Counted from the first letter of the whole stretch, positions 25,646 through 38,946 are shown. The stretch: 63,597 bases of DNA, filler included, from Octopus bimaculoides (GCF_001194135.2; 4 parts of 4 records of this genome joined end to end with filler, not necessarily neighbours in it); one strand, 5' to 3'. The notes: a model not told the origin generated them from the letters alone. A program made the numbers and translations.

Positions 25646-26760
25646 ATTATTATGCTGTAACTCTATATGTAAAACGTTATCAAAAAAATGTGAAGGAAAC
25701 TTATCGAACATGTAATGGCAACCATGATGTGATAGATTAAATAACGAAAGATCTGTATATGTTTTAAGAAAAAGAAAGGTTAAAGGAATGAAAGTTATTG
25801 TATATACATATACATACATGCATACTCGTACATACAATATACGCACACACACACGCGCACACACTCACGCATGCACACTCACACACACAGATGTATGCCG
25901 TGTGTACATTTATAAGGCACATATTCCCTGGAATTTTGAATTGAACACTTGATTATAATTCTTTTAAGATTAAATTTACTCTTTCCCCCGACCCCACCCC
26001 ACTCGTGATTTTGCGCCAGGCTGGCTTAACTAGCCATTTCCGTGCTCACACTGCTCGAAGTAATGTAAGTCCGATGTGTGCAACCTGTAATCGATAGTGT
26101 AAAACACCTTCAGAAGTGAAAATACATATGCGTAGTCAGCAAATTGAATAAAATTCTTTGTGCATATTAAAATTGTAAATAATGAAAACGAATTAATTAT
26201 ATTATAGATTTCCATCAGTTCATGGTTAAATTGTAAATAATGAAAGCAAATTAACTATATTGGAGGATTTTTATCTGGTGATAGGGTGTGTGTATGTGTG
26301 TGTGTGTCTGTGTGTCTGTGTGTGTGAATTGGACAGAGAATCAGAAATTTCGCATACAGATATCACAATTACTATAGTGCACCAACGACTCTACTGTGAG
26401 GACGGGGTTGTTTTTCATGCCACCTAGTCTGTTGAGGTCATCATGCAGTTCAGAGGACTGGGAGAAGTGAGGGTGTTAGCGTCATGCTAGGGGACAAGGA
26501 GATTGCTATAAGAGAGAGCAGACTTCTGAAGGAAGAATCTGCATTTAGTTGGAGAAAGAAGGAGTGGAGAGAAAGACAAAATAATCAGACGAAAGTGTGA
26601 GACATAGATAATGGTGATGCGGTGCCCGGATTGCACTACAAGCTCAAGCAGAAATGTATGGGTGGGAGATATGCAAGGTTGTTAGTCTTTTGAAGACGGT
26701 TTGCGTCAGGGAATTACAAATGCAACAAGATGACCTTGAAAACTAATCCCTACCAAGTTA

Positions 26761-26985
26761 TGAGGGGGTCAGCAAAAAAGGCCAGTGGAATAAGTTCCTG
26801 GCTTTAAGGGTATGTGTGAAAGCTCAACCTTCCGAGTTCTTTTGCAAAGCTTAGAAAAACTGAAGGACCACTGTCATAAGTGTGTGAATCTGAAAGGGGA
26901 ATATATTGAATAAAATCATAATTAACTAATCCATCTTCATGTATTTCCTTTTACCCAAAGCCAGGACCTTTTCAGCACCCACTCG
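26761..26985 (+). mobile_element. Mariner-derived MITE, same family, TA-flanked
   Basis: TA|tgaggggg...aagttcctggctttaaggg...ccaggaccttttcagcacccactcg|TA. Confidence 0.85.
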
Positions 26986-27984
26986 TACTATATGTTTGAG
27001 TATAAGCATACGGCATCAGTCAAACGCATTATTAAAAGAAGGGCAGAATATAACAAGCATGTTGCTGTTGCATTGCAAATCTTACATGTGATGTGACTCA
27101 ACTAGATAGTCATGTGGCCATATTCTTTAACGTAACTTAGCTAATCCATTGACTAGAGGATCTTCGTTATTCAGGCGAAGAGAGATTCAAGTCCTAAAGA
27201 GTTGTGAATGGTTATATGATTATTTGGATGGATATTTTTCTGTGATTTTTCAGTAGAGGATTTGAATGACTACTTGTGCACAAACACTTACACGCTGATA
27301 CATACAACATGCTGATATAGGCGCAACACATTGATATACACATAACGTGCACATACATAACCATATACATAAATACATACAAAAACACAAAGATATACGC
27401 AGCTATAGACATGTACATAAGCTCGCTCGAACATGCGCATGCAGAAATAAAACCAATTATAGTCACATATTGACATACACTTACAGCATTATACAACAAA
27501 CAGACCCACGCACGTGCACAAGAATTACACACACATTTGAAGCACACATACATACGAACCTAGGAGAAATGTATGCAGTTATAAACACACATATATGCAG
27601 AATTGAAAAAAATGCACATGCATATACAAACGTGCACACATTATCACCCACAGACATACACAAGCTGATTTAGGCATAAAGAGAAAAAATACATACAGAC
27701 AGACGTAACACATACAGACAACCACATACATATCTGCACACACAAACACACACACACATATACACACGCATTAAAATAAAACGAAAACAAGCAACCAAAA
27801 ATAAACTGGAACTCAGTCTAATCAATATTGATTTTTCACACTGATGTTTAATAAAGTCACACATTTATAATAAGATGAGGATGAGTAGGTGAAGAGATAG
27901 AGGTAGAATTGATTGAATCTCCACTGCACCACCTCCAGGACTTACGAGAAAGAAAAAGAAAAAGAAGATTAGAAATAGAGAAAA

Positions 27985-28142
27985 ACGTGGCTTCGGGTAC
28001 AGTCCCACTGCTGTTGTACCCAGGGCAAGTGTCTTCCATTATACCCCCAGTCCAACCATCCAATCAACCAACCAAACAACAAACCAATGACTTGTGAGTG
28101 AATTTGGTAGACAAAGACTGTGTGGCAATCTGGTGTAATTAT

Positions 28143-28234
<92 letters not shown>

Positions 28235-28620
28235 GTATGTATGTACACACACATACACACACATGCACACAGACATATATATGCAAATGCATATGTGTAT
28301 ACATGTAATGTAAGTTTGAATTTGATATCTTCATTTTCGTCTTACGCATACACACACACTCGCACATGTAATGTATGTGTGAGTGTGTGTATATGTGTGC
28401 GTTTGTGTGAGTGTGATTGTGTGTGCATGTGTACGGGCTTTAGTCTTTGTCTCCTCACGTCAAGACAACCGATGCGAATTTGTTTACGTTCCAGTAATTT
28501 AGCGGCTCGGCAAAAGAAAACGGTGGAATAAATATAAGACTTAAAAAATAAATACGAACTGGAACTAAATTCTTCAAAGCAGTGTCCCAGCCTGGTGGCA
28601 TCCCAATACCTAGAATATGT
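27985..28620 (+). mobile_element. SINE family A, degenerate, with internal microsatellites
   Basis: cagtcccactgc...cagggcaagtgtcttcc...ttgtgagtgaatttggtagac; 3' half gacaaccgatg...ttagcggctcggcaaaag. Confidence 0.7.
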
Positions 28621-29724
28621 AAAATAATATATATTGATATTTGTTCTATAATGACGCTACGATACTCATGAATTATAAGTATTTAGAAATAGATATCGTT
28701 CCACTGCAGAACGTCATGGTTGACCTCTAACTAATTCGCATAATACCAATAAATGATAATGGATGAGATCCATTGACATCCTAAGTACATGTAAAGAAAG
28801 AATGAAGGTGCGAGGAATTCCCTCATCAGCTGCCAATCGGACATCTTCATCATTTCGACACATTAAGGTAGTATCACTTTGTTCGGAGCTGACGAACAGC
28901 ATTCAAAATTATTCCAATTCTGTTTGGGGATATAGACACATTTATGCTTTGTATAGAAACAACGAACAGTGTTTAAATAGAAACCATTAACGTATATTGC
29001 AACAGATAAAAGGCATATATATTTAAAAACTTGTACAGAAACATATACACAAACTCACAAACACAAAAGTATACAAATAGATGGAGAGAGAGGGGGGAGA
29101 GAGAGAAAGTGAGAGAGAAAGAGCAAGAGCCTGTATTCAGTCTCGCTTTCGGCTGGAAATAACCACAGTATTTCTATAATACCATACGTGTAATTTAGTT
29201 AAAAAATGACACTCTGCTCAATGCAATACATGAGCGTATCAAACAAGGTGGAAATAAAACAAAAGGTGTGGTGGTCAGGATGAAGCGCTGTTTATCTTAG
29301 TTCTGATCTTTTAGGGTTGACTGGCCTGGGCGCATAAACAGTAACAACGACAACAGCACAGCAACAGGAAACACTTCGCGCTGACACTCAGGCAGCGATA
29401 ATTAGCATCAACCCTCCACTCAAATCTCAACCATATTATTTTACTCGGTATAATCATATCTGGAACGCTTTTGATTACCGGAAACTTCTGGCCTTGAATC
29501 AACAACAAGGGCAAAAAAAGGCGTCAATCTGATTGGTACTTTTATTTTCTTTCATTCTTGGATTGAGAAAGACTTTTGCAGGATTTGAATGTAAAACTTA
29601 AATTGACAAAAAAGTAAATTCTAACCATACAACATATCCTCCCACCTACTGATCACCCTTCCTACAAATCCTCCTACCATACGATCATCCCTCCAAGAAC
29701 ATCTAGTATTTCAAATAAGCCAAT

Positions 29725-29884
29725 TTATCGAAGTTGCATCAGTTTTATATCATCTGTGTAAGGCAGTGTATGCGACTCATCTAAGACGACCCATCTAAGC
29801 TGGTTATTGAAGTCGTTCTCCTTGGCACTTCTCAAGACCAAATCATATAAGCTCCCAAATACATCAATTGCATATGTCCGACCG
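29725..29884 (-). CDS. Candidate exon after a strong acceptor; frame uncertain
   Basis: ttttttttttcacctttcag|C; the longest frame is GRTYAIDVFGSLYDLVLRSAKENDFNNQLRWVVLDESHTLPYTDDIKLMQLR*; phase 0 gives RSDICN*. Confidence 0.25.
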
Positions 29885-30145
29885 CTGAAAGGTGAAAAAA
29901 AAAAACGGCCTAAAATTCTGAGAAGGATAAAACCACTATATGCCATGCTTTTAACAACTACCGCAAAGCTATTAGCAAGAATAGCAACAGAATACATTTG
30001 GCAGATATTTGATCCTTTGGTCGAAGGATATCCAGCAAATCTGCAGAATCCTTCCATCACCATTATTTAACCAATATGGCTATTTTGCAACACTTCAACT
30101 CATAAATTTCCCAGTTTTATGATGTACACAGTCAATAAAACTCAC

Positions 30146-30169
30146 CTTCATCATTCTCTTTTTCTGATT
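30146..30169 (-). CDS. Candidate 24-nt microexon
   Basis: tag|AATCAGAAAAAGAGAATGATGAAG|gtgagt; perfect donor, weak acceptor. Confidence 0.25.
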
Positions 30170-30571
30170 CTAGTTTAACTTTCAAGGACACAAAATTTTA
30201 CGTGCCAAATCTCTTCTGGTCATTGTAGTTCAAAAAGTAGCTAATCCTTATGGCGTCCTAAAACAATTATCATTCGAATTAGCTGCTATCGTCATCAAAT
30301 TTGTAGCACTCTCTCCTTCTCTTTCCCTCTCTACCTCCCCCTCTCCTCTCCTCCCCCTCTCTTTTTATCTCTACTCTCCTTTTGCATACGCCAATCTTTG
30401 GAAACATGCTACGATACATCCTAAAGGCTGCAAGCATCAATTTGTTTCACCCAGCCAAATACTGACAAACTGTACTCTCTTGCGTTATATCAAAAGTGAT
30501 TGAATTATTTGCTAAAATTTACATCTTTTGTGACATTGGATCTCCTTCTCTCCTTTGCAAAATCTGATTAC

Positions 30572-30655
30572 CTGGAGTTTTATTCTGTTCACTCCAATAC
30601 CACTGGTTTCTCGTTTTTGAAAAATCTCAGTATTGCCATCAGAAGAATTCTTTAG
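30572..30655 (-). CDS. Candidate 84-nt phase 0-0 exon
   Basis: gcacag|LKNSSDGNTEIFQKRETSGIGVNRIKLQ|gtaatc; only one frame is open across it. Confidence 0.3.
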
Positions 30656-31364
30656 CTGTGCTTAACATAAGAATCGCATAAATAACTTTCCCACATAAAG
30701 TTTCCATTCGTTTCTCATTTTATTATTGGAAGCATTCTCTCATGTCTTTTTTATTGCAGCATAAACCTTCAGTACACATTCTCTACTCTGTATTGGACTA
30801 CTCCAAATCTCGGTAATATTTCTCACACACCATCTTGTCTACTTCGCTAACAATTCATATTTCTACGTAGATGATACCACATTCAGTCTATAGTATGTCA
30901 TGGAACAAAAATATTTACTTCATGGGACGCCACCCTTCAGTGACGGACATGCTAACTTTGTGCGTTTCAATAGAATAACACTTCACAAAATGAGAAAAAT
31001 ACTTCTCATTTCACTTATGAGCAACACAGCAAAATTGTACGTTTCATAATTTCTGACGATCTGTTATGGGGACTCCACATACAATTTTCAGAAATTATAT
31101 TCACTTTTAATCAATTACTAACTCTTTATAAAAGACAAATATGATCAACACTGCAGTGCTGTCCACATAAACGGGAAGATGCAAAGAGATCGCACGCAAG
31201 AAAAGGCATTTCTCTTCAAAACACTGTCTCATAGACACACTGAATGGATGTATATTACTGTTCCGTGATGGTAATATCAACAAAAATAGTACTCCATCTG
31301 GTGAGAGGTAAATATTATTTAACTCACACAGTATATGTGCTTTTGAGCTACTATTAGCTTCATG

Positions 31365-31484
31365 CGATGAAAGCATCTCAGGCAGCATTGTTTTACAGGT
31401 CTGGTGCGTTTGCGCAGTCTTTGCCTGAAGCTTGCGCTGAGGAACCCGACGTGTAAAAAGATAATGTCTGAGATGCTTTCATCG
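31365..31484. repeat. 120-bp foldback element (MITE-like)
   Basis: 17-bp perfect terminal inverted repeat cgatgaaagcatctcag/ctgagatgctttcatcg; imperfect pairing continues without indels for about 43 bp. Confidence 0.85.
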
Positions 31485-31536
31485 TATATATANNNNNNNN
31501 NNNNNNNNNNNNNNNNNNNNNNNNNNNNNNNNNNNN

Positions 31537-31548
31537 TTAATTAATTAA
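31537..31548. other. Artificial scaffold spacer TTAATTAATTAA (also at 60019-60030 and 62194-62205)
   Basis: Identical 44N+TTAATTAATTAA+44N 100-bp cassette occurs three times. Confidence 0.9.
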
Positions 31549-31592
31549 NNNNNNNNNNNNNNNNNNNNNNNNNNNNNNNNNNNNNNNNNNNN

Positions 31593-31790
31593 AAAAATCT
31601 CGAGAAGTACGTGGAACAAATAGGGGCTGCAATAAGAGTGGAGCACTTGCATAAAACAGCACCGCTCGAATACTCCTGAAGGCGCTCGAAAAATAAGAGG
31701 TGTTACCTTAGTTCAATGGTAGTGAACAGCTGACACCGTATTACATCTGCTGCGTTAGAAGCTGTGCAAAAGCAAAGATGATAATAATAA
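31593..31790 (+). mobile_element. RLE-type (R4/Dong-like) LINE extreme 3' end
   Basis: KNLEKYVEQIGAAIRVEHLHKTAP...KALEK resembles EHLQKTALLGTARILRKVL; short UTR and (ATA)n tail. Confidence 0.6.
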
Positions 31791-31799
31791 TACATATAT

Positions 31800-31830
<31 letters not shown>

Positions 31831-31872
31831 CACAGACAGACAGACAGACAGACAGAAAGACAGACAGACACA

Positions 31873-31972
<100 letters not shown>

Positions 31973-32973
31973 ATATGTGTATATATGTTGAGTGTGTATG
32001 TATATGTATATATATATATGTTTGAAAGTTACCAGTCAGTAAATGGATGACGGTTTTCCGACCATCTTACTGATCGTTCAGTAGAATTTTACTATTTCAC
32101 ACGTCTCACGTGATGTTATACAGACACACACACACATACACACACTCACACTCACACAGACAAATATATTCATATATACATACATGCATATATGTATATG
32201 TATATTGTATATACATTGTTTTTCTTCCAGCAGTGACAACAATCCCTCAACTAAACAGTCAGCGGTTTCAATAACCAAAAATATGCCAACTTCTACTAAC
32301 TATACCTGTTGTATAACATAGTATATGTAATGCCCCCCACAAGACAGATTATACCGTCGCACACTCATCTAGGAATACTCAGCCTTATAAGAATTCTCTT
32401 TTGAATCCAGTGGTCTTACTTAATTTAAGTAAAATAACACAGATGTGTTTTTATTTTATATGCCACGCTGGTGACATATCCTTATAAATCAAAATACACC
32501 ATTTTAATCGTTTAAATACAATTGGAAGCTAACGAAGTGCAGACAGTAAAGCGCCAGCTAACAAAACATGTATCTAAGCACTTGTAAGAAGAATGACACG
32601 CTTTGGCTCGTTTTCAAGATATAATGCAAAATCTGTCAAGTTTTGGAGAGTAAAGCAAGCACGATACGTTAGCAACTGCATTCATTGATCATCCTTGGTA
32701 AACACAGCAACGCCATATCATCCAAAGTGGCTGTGGACATGATATCAAGGTCAGTCGTCCATAATAAATCCAGTCAGATTTCAGAGGTTGTCACATTACG
32801 TAGTCATTCGACGTTCCGGTTCAGATTGTGTTGTGAATGTTCATAGTCATGTCAGTGTTCATGTGCTGCATGAATACTGGCCGGGCACTTCCTGATGTGG
32901 TTCGATAATGTCAAATTCAACCATACTCCACATCTGTACTCAGCCACAAGTACGTGGTTGACTAACAGAGCTT

Positions 32974-33262
32974 CCATGGCTCAGTAGTTAGAGCGTTGGG
33001 CTCACAATCATAAGGTGGTGAGTTCGACTCCCGGACCCAGCTATGTGTTGTGTTCTTGAGCAAGACACTTTATTTCACGTTGCTTCAGTTCACTCCGTTG
33101 CGGTGTCTCTGGTACCAAGCTGTATCAGCCTTTGCCTTTCCCTTAGATAAGATCGGTGACAGTTAGTCTTCTATAAACAACCTTACCTGAACTTGTGCCT
33201 CGGAGAGTAACTGTCCATGTGCAACCCCATGGTCATTCATGACCTAAGAGGTCTTTACCTTT
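32974..33262 (+). mobile_element. tRNA-derived SINE family C with 11-bp TSD
   Basis: tggctcagtagttagagcg...gagttcgactcccgg head; TSD taacagagctt at 32963-32973 and 33263-33273. Confidence 0.9.
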
Positions 33263-33351
33263 TAACAGAGCTTACTGAGTAACAGTAATCACTTTGTGGT
33301 ATCTGACGAAACGCTACGGACATGCCTTTACATATTCTTTAACATTGTTCT

Positions 33352-33749
33352 TGTCGTGTCGACGCCCCAGGCGAAGAAGTAGGATCTCCAAGACATAAAT
33401 AGAGGTAGTCTGGCCGTGGTAGGAGTGTTGAGTAGCAGTCGAGTAGCAGTTGTGTAGCGGTTGAGTAGAGATCATCCAAAGGTGCTATTAGAAACCTCGT
33501 CGCCACTGTTATATCGCAATACTACACAGTGGCTGTGTGAGCTACGAAATTCTCGTCGCCACTGTTATGTCTCAAGCTACTGCTATCTAGCACCTTCGGA
33601 TGATCTCTACTCAACCGCTACACAACTGCTACTCGACTGCTACTCGACTGCTACTCAACTGATACTCAACACTCCTACCACGGCCAGACTATCTCAACTT
33701 ATATGTCTTGGGAGATCCTACTTCTTCGCCTGGGGGCGTCGACACAACA
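33352..33749. mobile_element. Foldback MITE with TGT...ACA ends and 5-bp TSD (Ginger2/TDD-like)
   Basis: Arms 33352-33487 and 33588-33749; TSD GTTCT at 33347-33351 and 33750-33754; 11-bp subterminal repeats. Confidence 0.85.
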
Positions 33750-34449
33750 GTTCTTCATGCCTTCTCTGAAATATTATCGGAAGGTTATATCAGCCAAAAT
33801 GCCAGATTATCATGACAATCTTCCAGAACGCTGGGTATATGGATTTTGGGAAGAGACTTGTTGTCGCCATTGAAGAATTTCATTGTTAGCACAAAATGAC
33901 TTTGCTCTTTGACGAAACTGAGACTTTACATTTACAGGCTGGGTTTGACCCACAACATTTCTCTCAGTGCTTCGATTGTACAATTTATCCTGCATTAAAG
34001 ATTTCTGTTTGTAAAAGTTTGAAAAAATGATGAATAAAAATTGAATATGTATAACAATTAGAGATAACTCTGAACAGCAAGCCATAAGCTTCAGAAACAT
34101 CAGTATATTTATACATGACCTCAGCATACCCTCTGATGACGTCACAACTAACCTTACCTGACGTATTGACCTAACATTACACCTTAAAAAAAGAAAATGC
34201 TTCCTTTATTTTATCCTCTTTATTTATTAACAGTGGAAAATTTCTAAAATCCATTATATATATATTCAGCGTTATATAAGTTTAATTATATCAACTTAAA
34301 AACAAATACTCAGTAATTTTCGGATTTACTTTCGGTTCCTTGACAAATTTTATTTTTTAATTTCTTTTAGATTTAGTATTTTTTAACCAATCTGTTTCAA
34401 CACAATTATTGCTCTCCCAAATTCTCCTTCTTTTTAATAACCTGTAAAT

Positions 34450-34740
34450 ACCGCGGCCCAGTATTGCGCTCACGATCGCTAGATCGTGTGTTCGATTTCC
34501 AGACCGAGCGGCGTGTTGTCATCTTGAGCAAAACACGTCTTTTCACATTGTTTCAGTTTACTCACCTGTAAATTGGTAACCCTACGACAGACTAGCTTTC
34601 CGATCTGGGGGAATGCTGTCCAGCAGGGCAGCATCATTCGAAAGCTAAAGTCTATACTAGCGCATTGAGACCAGCGATGTATAACAACATCCGCTAATCT
34701 AGTCGATCACATGATGACGTGAAATACCTCTCTTAATGCC
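34450..34740 (+). mobile_element. SINE family C, degenerate
   Basis: gctcacgatcgctagatcgtgtgttcgatttcc...cttgagcaaaacacgtcttttcacattg. Confidence 0.65.
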
Positions 34741-35395
34741 TATGATATGTCCGACCCTATCTTTCATATGTTTTGAATTATTTTCGGGGCTAAATTGCCT
34801 TCCTGAACAAATTCATTTTGAACAGTCTTAAGGGTTTGTCTAGAATTTTCGTAATCATTATCCAAATGAATATAACTTGAAAGCCGACAGTTTAACTTAT
34901 TTTCACATTGATCATTCTGAAATAATCCAACTTCTCTCACAAATTCGCTTTTTCTGCGCCTGGTGAGGTAATACAAGCCCACACTATGTTTTTAAACCTA
35001 TCACTTAAACCTATAGAACTTGGTCTGTTGCAATTCTGTTATTATCTTTCTTCTTAATTGTTATAGTAACGTCCAATCTAATGACTGTAATCGCTTAATT
35101 CCTAACATTTCTCCAATTTCTAAGACTATAATAATTAATAATAATATGTATTATTTAATGCTAAATCCTATATAATGTACCCTGAGTTACCTTATTTATG
35201 AAAACACAAAGCTATAATCTGAGTTAGGGAAGTATCGTATGATCTAGCCCAAAATATATGTTATCATGGAAAAGAATCTAGACTTGTTTATGAAAAACAC
35301 AAGGTGAAATCATATTCTAGACTAGAAAAATATATTCTGAACCATCTTGCTTTATAACCTTCTGGATATAAACTCTGTGTGTGTGTGTGTGTGTA

Positions 35396-35558
35396 GGCGC
35401 AGGAGTGGTTGTGTGGTAAGGATCTTGCTTCCCAACCACATAGTTCCGGGTTCAGTCCCACTACATGGTACCTTGGGCGAGTGTCTTTTACTATAGCCTC
35501 GGGCAGACCAAAGCCTTGTGAGTGGATTTGGTAGACGGAAACTGAAAGAAGCCCGTCG
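35396..35558 (+). mobile_element. SINE family A, 5' half
   Basis: ggcgcaggagtggttgtgtggtaag...gaaactgaaagaagcccgtcg. Confidence 0.9.
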
Positions 35559-36700
35559 TAGATATAAAAATTACCTAGTCAAATTTTGTTCATAACATGA
35601 CAAAAAAATAAAAATTTTACTTTTAAATTTATATTAATGTACGTTATATAATTCCAGAGTCAAAATGTGTGTGTATGTATGTATGTATGTATGTATGTAT
35701 ACACTTATATGCACAAACACACATATACACATAGACGTATACACAAGCAAATATATATGTGTGTGTGCGCGCGCGCGCGCGTGTATATGCACTTGCGTAC
35801 ATTACACTACACAATATCAAGTATGTGTATGTTTACAGAATCTACTGTAGTCAATAATCTCAATGGATACAAGAAGGTATCTGTGCATAATATACGTTTC
35901 GTGACGGAAGAGATAATGATGGCAGAATCAATTACAATCATAAGCAAAGAAAGACAATACTGATCTCAACGATAAATGAACTCAACACAGTGAAGTATTG
36001 ACATCTAATTAGTTTCTCTAATGTTTAGCTAATAGTTACATCTATTTCACCTTTGCAACACAAATAGCAAATTAATGAACTCAACTGGAATTTTTTCGTA
36101 TATGCAGAGCTATTGTATTGTTCGTGGTGTATCAGTAGCAACACTGGTTCCCGTTTTCGAGTTTTGATAGAAGCAGTATCTTTGAGTTTGCTCGTTTCCA
36201 CGCAAGGGCTCCGACATTAGAACATACTTATTTTCATGCTAAATGAAGCTTTATGAAATTTATTATTTTGCCTTGTATGCATTCGTTCTGTCACTTTACT
36301 AAAAATAACAGCTATCAAACTGCCTGTCGAATTTCTGGATTTCTTTTGTATACTATGTTGCCGCTCCCGTGTTGTTTATTATTTATAGTTAATCAGTAAT
36401 TTCAAGTATTTAACCTGTGGGGTCAGTTACGCGTATTTAATCTATGATGTCAAGTTTTGAAGGAAGAGAAATATTACTTACTCAAATATGGTAACCTAAA
36501 ATCTGCTCCGAGCAGATCTGAGGTTACATTATTTGAATCAATTGACTGAGGTCACATTACTCGCTCCGGCAGGGTTACATCACTTTTATTTGAATACAAA
36601 TCAAGACTATCGATATACATTTTGAAAATAACAATCCTAATATCCAAAAAATACTAGTTTAATTTTCATATAAAGTTATGCAATATTTATAAACGATATA

Positions 36701-37074
36701 CAGGGTGTCCACAAAGTCTGGGTACATGGAATAAATAAAATCATAACATAATAAAATCCCCTCGTTCACCAGACCTTTCTCCCCTTGACTTCTTCTTCTG
36801 GGGTATATGAAAGAGAAAGTTTACTCAATAAAGATTACAGATTTAAACCACATGAAAGAACGCATTAGCAGTCAGTATGCTGAAATTGATGGCAATGTAG
36901 ACTTATTTAATCGAGTTCACCTGAATTTTGCAAGGCGCATCAAGTTATGCATTGAAAATGATGGAAATCATTTTGAAAATAGTATTTATTAACATTATAA
37001 TTAAATAAAATTGTTTTGTTTTAAAAGTATGTGTTAATTCCTTCCCCATGTACTCAGACTTTGTGGATACCCTG
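36701..37074 (+). mobile_element. Non-autonomous Tc1/mariner deletion derivative, 374 bp, TA TSD
   Basis: TIRs cagggtgtccacaaagtctgggtacatgg and ccatgtactcagactttgtggataccctg; encodes PRSPDLSPLDFFFWG/YMKEKVY...RRIKLCIENDGNHFE. Confidence 0.92.
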
Positions 37075-37477
37075 TATATTTGAAACTCATACGCAAATTT
37101 CTCGGTTTCAAGAATTGGTATCGGTTTAAGCTGTGTAAGAGCCTCTAGGCAAAATAAGCATCTGAGAAACTTTGATCCACACAGAAACTGCAAGAGAAAC
37201 AAAGATATCTTGATAGCGATTAAAGGTACACTCAATGTTGGAAACCAAGGTACCTCAAGGTCACAAGCGTTTTATCTCTCACTTTGTCTGAGCGGGACAA
37301 GGAGGACTAGATTAACATTCGCCTGCTGAAGGGTCCTAGCTACAGTCTCTGGTTAGCCACAACCAAACTTAACTATGATATTTTTACTGAATTTTCTACC
37401 CGTTTCTAAAAACACAGCCATTCGCATTTTTATTTCTTACCCTAAACTCTCTTCGTCTTACTACGTAAAACCCGTAA

Positions 37478-37790
37478 GTGAGTGCTTCCCAAACACGTGG
37501 CACCTTCGGCAAGTGTCTTCTACTATAGCCCCGGGCCGACCAAATCCTTGTGAGTGGATTTGGTAGACGGTAACTGAAAGAAGCCCGTCGTAAATATATG
37601 TATATATATCTATGTGTGTCTGTGTTTATCCCCCATCACCTCTTGACAACTGTAGCAGTTCGCCAAAAGAGACCGCTAGGATAAGTACCAGGCTTAAAAA
37701 ATAAGTACTGGGGTCGATTCATTCAACTAAAAATTCAAGGCAGCGGCCTAGCATGGCCGCAGTCTAATGACTGTAACAAGTAAAAAAATA
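37478..37790 (+). mobile_element. SINE family A
   Basis: ggcaccttcggcaagtgtcttctactatagccccgggccgacc...agcatggccgcagtctaatgactg. Confidence 0.85.
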
Positions 37791-37819
37791 AAGATATAGA
37801 TATATATATGTATGTGTGT

Positions 37820-37856
<37 letters not shown>

Positions 37857-38064
37857 TATATTATATTATATATTATATTATATTATATTATATTATATTT
37901 TCGTTATCCTTTAGTAGCCTATTCAGATTATTTAAGATCTTTGTTTGTCGTCTCATTAGACTTCTCTACCTCTGGAGATTATGCTTTTCTGTCGATTTGN
38001 NNNNNNNNNATCATTGAGATAAAGAATTCATGACCAAAGTAGTATATAAGAAATTATAATATTT

Positions 38065-38310
38065 GGTTTTACATCTTATTATTTCTTTACTGCCCACAAG
38101 GGGCTAAACATAGAGGGGACAAACAAGGGCAGACAAACGGATTAAGTCGATTATATCGACCTCACTGCGTAACTGGTACTTATTTAATCGACCCCGAAAG
38201 GATAAAAGGCAAAGTCGACCTTGGCGGAATTTGAACTCAGAACGTAGAGGCAGGCGAAATACCGCTAAGCATTTCACCTGGTGTGCTAACGTTTCTGCCA
38301 GCTCACCGCC
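38065..38310 (-). mobile_element. SINE family B, near full length
   Basis: Reverse complement of ggcggtgagctggcagaaacgttagc...aagaaataataag. Confidence 0.92.
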
Positions 38311-38734
38311 CTGGTATAACTTATGCTGAGAGATGCAGAAAGGCATATATGACTAGCAATCGCGACTCTAGCCATTCAAACGGGGATCTGATCGTTGCCA
38401 TGATCACGGTTATTTCTAAACACTAACGGAAACAAAACTTTTACTGACAGTAATTCTAACTATGATTTTCCGCTAAAAAATCAATTCTTTCTCTGGAAAT
38501 CCATCTGCCAATCTTCTTCGCACAAATCTGTACGCAGGGTACCGTTTTCAATTCAAAATGGCAGATGAAACAATGTAAACTCCATCCAACAATTATATGA
38601 TTATTTCCTATATCAATACAATACAGAAAGTAACTCGGACAAAACTCCAAATTAATTTTAGTGTTTTCAATCATATTATTCTTCTCCTTTTTCCCTCAAT
38701 ATTCTTTCTCAACCAATATATTCTATGGGATATA

Positions 38735-38946
38735 CGAGGGAGTGCTGAAAAGTTCCTGGCTTTAAGGGTATCACGAAAGGCCTGGTTGGAGACCTTCTGA
38801 GTTCTTTTACCCGACGAAGAAAAACTTAAGGACCGCTGAAATAAGTGTGTGAATCTGAGAGGACAATATGTAGAATAAAATTATATTTAAGTGATCCTCA
38901 TGCATTTTCTTTTACTCGAAGCCGGGAACTTTTCCACACCTCTTCG
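38735..38946 (+). mobile_element. Mariner-derived MITE, 212 bp, TA-flanked
   Basis: TA|cgagggagtgctgaaaagttcctggc...gccgggaacttttccacacctcttcg|TA. Confidence 0.9.

Noticed and set aside
32974-33045. tRNA gene (also the heads at 15380, 35396 and 55460)
   Set aside because: tRNA-like A/B boxes run into a SINE body with tail and TSD; no complete cloverleaf
34764-34965. Minus-strand exon-like ORF RRKSEFVREVGLFQNDQC...
   Set aside because: Has an acceptor-like site but ends in a stop with no donor, no recognisable domain and no supporting neighbours; similar orphan ORFs at 7598-7831, 33810-34000, 40760-40930 and 51931-52040 were also left uncalled
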